NCBI GenBank assembly: GCA_038885755.1
Contig: JAVZZH010000001.1
Location: forward strand, 231,432-263,431
Length of the DNA stretch: 32,000 nt
Direction of reading: 5' to 3'
Source of the DNA: Candidatus Caldarchaeum sp.
GTDB taxonomy: Archaea > Thermoproteota > Nitrososphaeria_A > Caldarchaeales > Caldarchaeaceae
Positions 25,616 through 32,000 of the stretch are shown in pieces. The notes beneath the pieces are model-generated. The model saw nothing but the letters and a program-made list of their open reading frames with translations, did not search any database and was not told the origin of the DNA. The first letter of the stretch is position 1. Every line of letters begins with the position of its first letter. Position numbers and translations under genes: made by a program.

Positions 25616-26494
25616 TCACGCTGTTTTCTCGACGGGTGCTTTGCCAGCCGCGTAGCCCCAGGCAACTTCGTCCTGCAGTGCCCATAAAACCCTCTGCACC
25701 AAAGCTGCGAGGAACAGAACGGTCAACAACCCTGTTCCAACTAGCCGGATAAACAAAGGCTGGCCCCCGAGCAGAGCAATCACAAACGCTGCGATGGCCT
25801 TGAATAGAGCCACCGGAATAAAGCCGGTAAGCAGGTCGCCGAAGCCTACCGATGTGTACTTAGCTTTGACGTATCCAATCCACCATCCCGTGAACGCCGG
25901 AAACATCACGTATATGAATTCCTCCAAAGCCAGCGTCAGCAAAAATTCAGGCCGAAGCGGAACGTATCCCCCGAGCAGGTAGAAGTTGTTGTAGAGAACG
26001 TATCCGAGGCCCAGAGAAACACCGTATACGGCTCCGTCGAGGTGGTCGTTGAATTCCCTGCCGGTGAACCTGTTGGCGTCCAGAAGATAGAGGATGAGGA
26101 AGAAGATGAATTCGAGGAGGATGAGTTTGGCGACGTAGGAGGTTAATCCCGCTGGGAACGGGAGGAGGTTGAAAAGGGCTGCGACCACGACGCCGACGCC
26201 TATCACAGCTACAACAAGTGTCTTCGGCTCCGGCTCATACCTGTCTGTCCGAACCAGCCAAGCCAAAAGCAGCGCTATCGGCAGCACTGAAAGCCCGACG
26301 TAAACCATTATTCCACGGATTTCAGCGACGAGCAGCCCTGCAGCCAAAACGGCGATTACGGCGAATACACCGACAACCCAGAGCCTACTGCCGGAATAAA
26401 CAATCATACCTCTCTGATAAATCTCTGAAGTAGGAGACTTGATAGGAGTCCGCTTGAACCATGTGGCGAACGCTTCCCGCCACAGTGAGGACAT
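25616..26494 (-). CDS. Multi-pass membrane protein, possibly divergent PrsW-like
   Basis: RTDRYEPEP, DHLDGAVYGVSLGLGYVLYNNFYLLGG resemble PrsW-type segments, but the usual EExxK and His positions are not evident. Confidence 0.6.
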   Translation of the reverse strand: MSSLWREAFATWFKRTPIKSPTSEIYQRGMIVYSGSRLWVVGVFAVIAVLAAGLLVAEIRGIMVYVGLSVLPIALLLAWLVRTDRYEPEPKTLVVAVIGVGVVVAALFNLLPFPAGLTSYVAKLILLEFIFFLILYLLDANRFTGREFNDHLDGAVYGVSLGLGYVLYNNFYLLGGYVPLRPEFLLTLALEEFIYVMFPAFTGWWIGYVKAKYTSVGFGDLLTGFIPVALFKAIAAFVIALLGGQPLFIRLVGTGLLTVLFLAALVQRVLWALQDEVAWGYAAGKAPVEKTA

Positions 26495-26498
26495 CTCA

Positions 26499-27044
26499 CT
26501 ACACCGCAGGCAGCATCAAAGCCACGTAAATTACGGCGCCGAGAAACACGAAGTATCCGAATAAGTAAACGCCCACGGCCAAAGGCTCTTTATCAACGTC
26601 GTCGAGGTCAAGGCCGAACGGCTCTATCTTAGCCAATATCCTGTAGTAGATGATTGCGAAGACGTAGGAAAGCAGGACAGCGGCGAAAAGTGTTATGAGT
26701 TTGTAGGCTATGAGCACGGCTGGGTTGACGTTGAGAGTCGCGACGCCTGTTTCAAGCCCGATGGGTAGGGGGGAGGCCATCGACGCGACGAAACCCATCG
26801 AAAGATAGACGAAGAAACCAGCCGCAAACACGCCCGTAGCCAAAGAATTACCCCTTATGACCTGAATTTCACGAATACCCGGAGTAATCAAGTCAACAAC
26901 ACGAACAGAGACCAACCCGATCAAAAACACGACGACGAAAGTCAAGAAAGTACGGATCAAAACCCAGCCAAGCCCCGTCAGGAAAACAACGGGGTCAGCC
27001 CAAGTAGGCGGAAGAGGAGGCTCGACCTGCATCAGGGAGAGCAT
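26499..27044 (-). CDS. Membrane protein with duplicated DUF350-like segments
   Basis: Two similar halves (NSLATGVFAAGFFVYLSMG... and EPLAVGVYLFGYFVFLGAV). TATA-like GTATTTATAC upstream on the minus strand at about 27067-27076. Confidence 0.6.
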   Translation of the reverse strand: MLSLMQVEPPLPPTWADPVVFLTGLGWVLIRTFLTFVVVFLIGLVSVRVVDLITPGIREIQVIRGNSLATGVFAAGFFVYLSMGFVASMASPLPIGLETGVATLNVNPAVLIAYKLITLFAAVLLSYVFAIIYYRILAKIEPFGLDLDDVDKEPLAVGVYLFGYFVFLGAVIYVALMLPAV

Positions 27045-27125
27045 ACATCCCTGTTTTCGAAACCCGGTATAAATACGTTTTTCCGTCCAATTTAGGGTCC
27101 ACCATAAATCTCACGTCATAGACGC

Positions 27126-27299
27126 TTACTCCCACGCGGGGCGTGTTAATGCGTCAACCGGCTGTATGAGGTTTTGATGATCACGCGGAGAACCGAGAAC
27201 ATCTTGAATAGTTTCAAACACGCCGGTCTTTGCATAGTCTAGGACTCGTCGCTGCGTTATCATTCGACAGCACCCCCGAAAGATGGGGGAGGTTTTCAT
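27126..27299 (-). CDS. Possible small ORF, 57 aa, not in track
   Basis: Translated by eye: MKTSPIFRGCCRMITQRRVLDYAKTGVFETIQDVLGSPRDHQNLIQPVDALTRPAWE then TAA. No homology known. Confidence 0.2.
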   Translation of the reverse strand: MKTSPIFRGCCRMITQRRVLDYAKTGVFETIQDVLGSPRDHQNLIQPVDALTRPAWE

Positions 27300-27364
27300 A
27301 TCCTGTAGGGCCGTGCAGAACCGGCGTTGAGAGGAGATCGCTGCAAGCTCCTATGGAGTAGGTG

Positions 27365-28354
27365 TTATGTGTTTCGATGGGTTGTGGGTTTTGTTTCCAG
27401 CAGCCGAGGAGGCTCGAAGCCTTCAGCTTTGGCTGCGCTGACCCAGTACCGGCTTACCGTCTCCTGTATGTGGTTGATTGCTTGTTGCTGGCGGTGGGGG
27501 GTGAAAAGATGTCTGTATCGACCCTGAACCCTCAAGTATTCTTCCACGGGCTTGAGCGCTCGAGGCACGACCGTGTGGCGCACCACTCCATGCACTGCTT
27601 CCTTCAAAGGCCACACCCCGGTGTCGACAGCCAGCCTTGAAACCTTTACAGCTTCTGAGGAGTCGAACCCCCAGCCTGTCGGGCAGGGAGCTAGAGAGAT
27701 GAAAAGCTTGGGGCCCCTGAGCCTCGAAGCTTTCTCAACCTTTCTCAGCATGTCGACAACGTGTGAGGGAGCCAGCGTTGCGACGTAGGGCGGTTTGTGG
27801 CTTCTCCAGATCTCGAACAAGTCTTTCTTGACGCCGGTGTAGCCTGCTGGGTTGAGGCTGGTTGGAGGCGTTGTAGAGGTCGAGGAACCATAGGGGGTTG
27901 CGCCGCTTTTCTGGAAGCCTGTGTTGCCGTAGGACTCGTTGTCGTAAACGAGGTAGTAGAAGTCGAGACCTCTCTCGATGGCGCCGGAAGACGACTGCAG
28001 CCCTATGTCGTAGGCAGCTCCGTCGCCGGTCAGAACGACGACCTGCATCCTCTCACCCGGACTCAACCTGCCCTTCGCAATCAGGATGTCGAACGCATCG
28101 CTTATTCCCTGAGCTCCGGCGGGAGCCGACGCGAACGCCGTGTACATCCAGCTGGACTTGAGCGGAGTATATGGGTAGACCTGCATCAGAGTCAGGCATC
28201 CCGCCGCGTTCACGAAGACAACGTTCCCGCCGAGGGCTTTGTGGAAGACCCTCAGAACCAGCATGGCGCCGCAGCCGGCGCACATGGGCGATCCCGGTGA
28301 AAGATACTCTTCGACGGGAAACTCTCTCAAAGTCTTGAACTTGGTCTCCATCAT
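27365..28354 (-). CDS. 2-oxoacid:ferredoxin oxidoreductase beta subunit
   Basis: GSPMCAGCGAML, TGDGAAYDIGLQSSSGAIERG, DNESYGNTGFQKSGATPYG, PCPTGW. Confidence 0.92.
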   Translation of the reverse strand: MMETKFKTLREFPVEEYLSPGSPMCAGCGAMLVLRVFHKALGGNVVFVNAAGCLTLMQVYPYTPLKSSWMYTAFASAPAGAQGISDAFDILIAKGRLSPGERMQVVVLTGDGAAYDIGLQSSSGAIERGLDFYYLVYDNESYGNTGFQKSGATPYGSSTSTTPPTSLNPAGYTGVKKDLFEIWRSHKPPYVATLAPSHVVDMLRKVEKASRLRGPKLFISLAPCPTGWGFDSSEAVKVSRLAVDTGVWPLKEAVHGVVRHTVVPRALKPVEEYLRVQGRYRHLFTPHRQQQAINHIQETVSRYWVSAAKAEGFEPPRLLETKPTTHRNT

Positions 28355-29577
28355 TCATCACCCCCGCCCGCAAGCTGGAAAGCTCTTTGAAAGTCTCTGA
28401 GCTCGTCTTCACGGAAGAGGAACAAAGGCTTGTCGACCTCCGGTCCGTCTCCTCGTGCAAGCAGCCTGAAAACGTGTTCAAACTCCTCCTCCGTCACGTA
28501 TTTCCCGCCCACTCCGCCTATCACTGACATTATTCTCTCCGGCCTGTTTCTGGCGTGGATGAGCGCCGCAGCTGTCTCGTTGTAGATTATTCCTCCGAGG
28601 CCGGGGGAGATGTTTTGGTCGAACACAGCCACAGCCCTCCTGCTCCTCAACACTTCCTCGAGCTTTTTCCCCGGGAACGGTCGGAGCATGACGATTTTAG
28701 CGAGGCCGGCCGCCACTCCTCTCTCCCTCAACTTCATGACGGCTCTCCTAGCGATTGTCGTGAACGAGTTCGTCATCACGAGGACATATTCGGCGTCGTC
28801 GAGCATATACCCCTCAACCGCCTCGACACGCCTGCCGCAAATCTTCTCGAACTTTTCAGAAGCCTCTTCAAAGACTCGACTAGCTCTGACCATCGACTCG
28901 TGTATGTTGTGCTTGAAGTATGTGTAGATGTGTCCCCCGAACACGGCGGCTCCCTTTACGACGTGTTTCTCAGCTCGGAAGGGCCGGGGGTTTGTGTAAG
29001 GCGGTAAGAACTCAGCGACATCCTCCTCGGACGGGAGATGCACTGCTTCACGGGTGAACGAGAGGTAGAAACCATCCATGTTTACGATCGAGGGCAGCAA
29101 GACCCTTCTGTCCTCGGAGACGCGGTAGGCTAGAAGGATCAAGTCGAGCACGTCCTGACAACGTTCGGCGTGAAACTGCAAGAACCCGCTGTCCCTCGCA
29201 GCCAGTACGTCGTTGTGGTCGGGCTCGAGCGTGATGGGAGCGGCTAAAGCCCTCGAGACGTTAACTAGAACTATCGGAGCCCTCCATCCAGATATGTTGT
29301 ACAGCATCTCAAACCCGTAGAGAAGACCTTGGCTCGACGTTGACGTGAACACCCTCGCGCCTGTCAGCGAGGCTGTTCCGGCGGCTGTGAGCATCGAGTG
29401 CTCCGACTCGAGCTGCACCAGCTTCGCCCTCATCAAGCCTTGGCTTATCCATTTGGCGAGCGTCTCGATGATCTCGGTCTGCGGGGTTATGGGGTACGCC
29501 GGAATGTAGTCGACGTCTGCGAGTCTCGCCGCCCACGCAGCCGCTGTGTTCCCGGTCATCAAGTCGTATTCACGCAT
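28351..29577 (-). CDS. 2-oxoacid:ferredoxin oxidoreductase alpha subunit
   Basis: TGNTAAAWAARLADVDYIPAYPITPQTEIIETLAKW, ESEHSMLTAAGTASLTGARVFTSTSSQGL, FDQNISPGLGGI; overlaps the beta gene by 4 nt. Confidence 0.92.
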   Translation of the reverse strand: MREYDLMTGNTAAAWAARLADVDYIPAYPITPQTEIIETLAKWISQGLMRAKLVQLESEHSMLTAAGTASLTGARVFTSTSSQGLLYGFEMLYNISGWRAPIVLVNVSRALAAPITLEPDHNDVLAARDSGFLQFHAERCQDVLDLILLAYRVSEDRRVLLPSIVNMDGFYLSFTREAVHLPSEEDVAEFLPPYTNPRPFRAEKHVVKGAAVFGGHIYTYFKHNIHESMVRASRVFEEASEKFEKICGRRVEAVEGYMLDDAEYVLVMTNSFTTIARRAVMKLRERGVAAGLAKIVMLRPFPGKKLEEVLRSRRAVAVFDQNISPGLGGIIYNETAAALIHARNRPERIMSVIGGVGGKYVTEEEFEHVFRLLARGDGPEVDKPLFLFREDELRDFQRAFQLAGGGDE

Positions 29578-30457
29578 AAGCCCTCACCTCCTTCACGGCT
29601 GAGATAGCCTTCAGCGGGCACTCCTTCAAGCATATCAGGCAGCCCTTGCAGTTTTCGTAGTCGACCACAGGCCTGCCCTCAGCGTCTAGGACGATGGCTG
29701 AGTCGGGGCAGTAGACGAAGCAAACCATGCATCCTGTACACTTGCTGTAGTCTACGACCGGCCTGAAAACTCTCCAGTTTCCAGTTCTCCTTAAGTAGGA
29801 ATTACCCGTCCTAGTTATGTCGCCCGAGACAACAGCTTCAGAAGAAAGGCTGGCGAGAACGACAGGCCTCCTATACTCCTCGTCAAAGCTCACCGGATGA
29901 CGAGGTATCTTTTCAAATACTTCTGAGACGAGCTTGAGGTTCTTCTCCAGCATCTCCCCGCCGAGGCCCAGCTCCGCCAGCTCCTCGGAAGCAGCCTCCA
30001 AAACATGCCTTTTCCTAATCAACCCAGATATCTTCGCAGCTGTTGCGGCGGCTGGAGCGCTTATCACAGGCCTGCCGATGGTCTTCAACGCCTCGTCTGT
30101 CAAGCTGTACCTCAAGACGGTGTACCCATCCCGCGACGACTCGGAAGCTTCGGACGCCGCCGTGTTTATGAAAGCGACGCCGCCTCTCTGAAGCCCTTCC
30201 AGAGGCCTAGCCTGCCTGTCTTCGATGAGTGTCTCATCCATCACGACGACTATGTGTGGGTGGAAGATATACCCCCTTTCAAGGATGGGCCCGTGCGATA
30301 TCCGGGTGAAGGCGGCGACCGGGGCCCCCCTTCTCTCGGCGCCGTAGATGGGCGAGTCCTGAGCAAAGTAGCCAGCTAGGAAGGCAGCTCGGCCGAGAAT
30401 ACGGCTGCTCGTCTTAACCCCCTGCCCGCCTCTTCCGTGAAACCTAACCCTAAGCAA
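29570..30457 (-). CDS. 2-oxoacid:ferredoxin oxidoreductase gamma subunit fused to delta (2x4Fe-4S)
   Basis: FHGRGGQGVKTSSRILGRAAFLAGYFAQDSPIYGAERRGAPV followed by CTGCMVCFVYCPDSAI and CKGCLICLKECPLKAI. TTG start. Confidence 0.9.
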   Translation of the reverse strand: MLRVRFHGRGGQGVKTSSRILGRAAFLAGYFAQDSPIYGAERRGAPVAAFTRISHGPILERGYIFHPHIVVVMDETLIEDRQARPLEGLQRGGVAFINTAASEASESSRDGYTVLRYSLTDEALKTIGRPVISAPAAATAAKISGLIRKRHVLEAASEELAELGLGGEMLEKNLKLVSEVFEKIPRHPVSFDEEYRRPVVLASLSSEAVVSGDITRTGNSYLRRTGNWRVFRPVVDYSKCTGCMVCFVYCPDSAIVLDAEGRPVVDYENCKGCLICLKECPLKAISAVKEVRAYA

Positions 30458-30544
30458 GGGGGTTCCCTACTGTATATACTTCGGCTGCTGAATATATTTG
30501 TTTTGATGGCTTGCATTTAAAAACACGCCGGACAACGGGTTGGC

Positions 30545-32000
30545 GTGAGCGGGCTGGATCTTTTCTTCAACCCGGGTTCCGTGGCGGTGGCGGGGGTGTC
30601 GAGGGACGAGTCTAAGATAGGGCGTGTGATATATGAAAGGCTGCTGGAGAACAAGCGTTCCGGCCTCCTCAAAGCCGACCTCTACCCTGTCAGCGATTCG
30701 GGTGGAGAGGTCCGCGGCGCGAGGGTTTACCGTTCTCTCGACGAGATAGGGAGAGGGGTTGACTTGGTCGTCGTAGCCGTCCCAGCCGCCGCGGTTCCCG
30801 ATTTGATCTTGGACGCTGGAAGATGCGGGGCTAGGGCTGCGGTCTTGGTCAGCGGAGGGTTCTCGGAGGCGGGCAACCACGATCTAGACAGAAGGCTTAG
30901 AGAAGCCGTCGCCGTATCGGGGGTTAGAGTCATGGGCCCCAACACCGTCGGAGTCCTAGATCCTTACACGGGCGTGGAAACTTTCTTCACAAAGCCCGTC
31001 AAGCCTTTCTCAGACGGGAGGCAGGCCCGAACCATCACCTACCCTCCACGTGGAAGCGTGGCCGTCGTGTCCCAGAGCGGTGCTCTAGCCTACTTCATCA
31101 TAGACTCTCTCGGGGAGAGGAACGCCGGGCTCAGGGCGGCGGCCTGCGTCGGCAACCAAATCGACGTGAAAATCGCTGAGCTTGTCGGCTACTTTGCTGA
31201 GGACAGGCTGACCAAGGTCGTGGCCGTCTACGTGGAGGGGCTTGACGACGGGCGAGAGTTCCTCAACATGGTTTTGAGAGCTAGGAGGGCGGGAAAGCAA
31301 GTTGTGGTGCTTAAGGCCGGCAGGACGGCGGCGGGCGGTAGAGCCGCTTACACGCACACAGCCAGCATGGTGGGAGAATGGGACGTCTACTACGGGGCCT
31401 TCCGTCAAGCGGGAGCCATCGTAGTAGACAACGTAAGGGAGTTGGTCGACGTCGCCTTCACCGCGAGCATTCAGAGACCTCCGAAGAACAGGAAGGCTTT
31501 CGTGCTGTCGAACGCCGGAGGATTCTCGGTGATGGCCTCCGACTTCGCGGCGATGGGCGGGCTGGAGCTTCCACCTCTTCCGGATGATGTCGTCGAAAGG
31601 TTGGAGCATCTCAAGCAGTCCGGCATCCTGCCAGCCATAGTCGTGCCCAGCAACCCACTCGACCTGAGCGGAAGCGCCACCCCCCAAGCCTTCGAAGAAG
31701 CCTGCAAAGCCTTGTCCGGAGAATTCGGCATCCATCTCCTCATGCCCTTCCACCTGCCTCCAGCCATGGACGACACGGTCGTCGACAGGCTTTCGAACTT
31801 GGCTGCGGCGAGCGGGGCTACGGTGGTGGCCTGCGATGCAGGCGGGTCTGAGTGGGCTTTGAGGATACGACGAATGTTCGTGGAGAGGGGGGTGCCTGCG
31901 TTGAGCAGCGTCGAGGAGGCTGTAAGAGCCCTGTGTCTCTACGCCCAGGCTTACACACCTTCTAGGGCAGGTTTTCCATCATTCCGGATGAGGGAGGGTG
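30545..32000 (+). CDS. ADP-forming acyl-CoA/acetyl-CoA synthetase alpha-like protein, 3' truncated by window
   Basis: Open frame from GTG 30545 to the window end, absent from the track: MSGLDLFFNPGSVAVAGVSRDESKIGRVIYERLLE...VAVVSQSGALAYFIIDSL...GNQIDVKIAELVGYF...VVVLKAGRTAAGGRAAYTHTASM. Confidence 0.88.
   Translation, partial: MSGLDLFFNPGSVAVAGVSRDESKIGRVIYERLLENKRSGLLKADLYPVSDSGGEVRGARVYRSLDEIGRGVDLVVVAVPAAAVPDLILDAGRCGARAAVLVSGGFSEAGNHDLDRRLREAVAVSGVRVMGPNTVGVLDPYTGVETFFTKPVKPFSDGRQARTITYPPRGSVAVVSQSGALAYFIIDSLGERNAGLRAAACVGNQIDVKIAELVGYFAEDRLTKVVAVYVEGLDDGREFLNMVLRARRAGKQVVVLKAGRTAAGGRAAYTHTASMVGEWDVYYGAFRQAGAIVVDNVRELVDVAFTASIQRPPKNRKAFVLSNAGGFSVMASDFAAMGGLELPPLPDDVVERLEHLKQSGILPAIVVPSNPLDLSGSATPQAFEEACKALSGEFGIHLLMPFHLPPAMDDTVVDRLSNLAAASGATVVACDAGGSEWALRIRRMFVERGVPALSSVEEAVRALCLYAQAYTPSRAGFPSFRMREG

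Noticed and set aside
27163-27200. Possible C/D box sRNA around TTTTGATGATC
   Set aside because: A C-box-like TGATGA is present, but I could not find a convincing D box (CTGA) at the right distance.
1-32000. CRISPR arrays, rRNA genes or intact insertion sequences
   Set aside because: No regularly spaced direct repeats, rRNA-like stretches or intact transposase frames were seen by eye.

Overview
The window is archaeal and gene-dense, with TATA-like boxes about 25-30 nt upstream of several start codons, which suggests leaderless transcripts. The gene content and order match the Aigarchaeota / 'Candidatus Caldiarchaeum' type; this lineage assignment is inference from remembered literature, not a database search. 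The centrepiece is a compact, apparently complete eukaryote-like ubiquitin-type modification locus at about 7.5-11.5 kb. On the minus strand it runs Ubl precursor (C-terminal ...VGG|NGERLR), E2/UBC-like, E1-like (with TACIEC and a C-terminal ubiquitin-fold-like tail), a small RING-like protein, then a small coiled-coil protein. A divergent plus-strand Rpn11/JAMM-type protease is followed by a coiled-coil protein. This core architecture is previously described from Caldiarchaeum. Less explained are the neighbours. The main one is a multi-pass membrane protein at 5884-6573 whose C-terminal RING-like motif has exactly the same Cys/His spacing as the small RING protein; three coiled-coil proteins are also linked to the cluster. 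Flanking genes include heme-copper oxidase subunit I, NuoI with an unusually long insert between its two 4Fe-4S motifs, NuoH/NuoA, glycyl-tRNA synthetase, and an HMG-CoA synthase/thiolase/DUF35 operon. Further genes are Lrp, HAD, CBS, an M1 aminopeptidase with HEAT-like repeats, a sugar dehydrogenase, an ASCH protein, dihydroorotate dehydrogenase, tRNA-Lys(TTT) and a surface-protein cluster (M6-like protease, Thr-rich stalk protein with zinc ribbon, two membrane proteins). The right end carries a 2-oxoacid:ferredoxin oxidoreductase operon and a 3'-truncated ADP-forming acyl-CoA synthetase-like gene that is absent from the ORF track.
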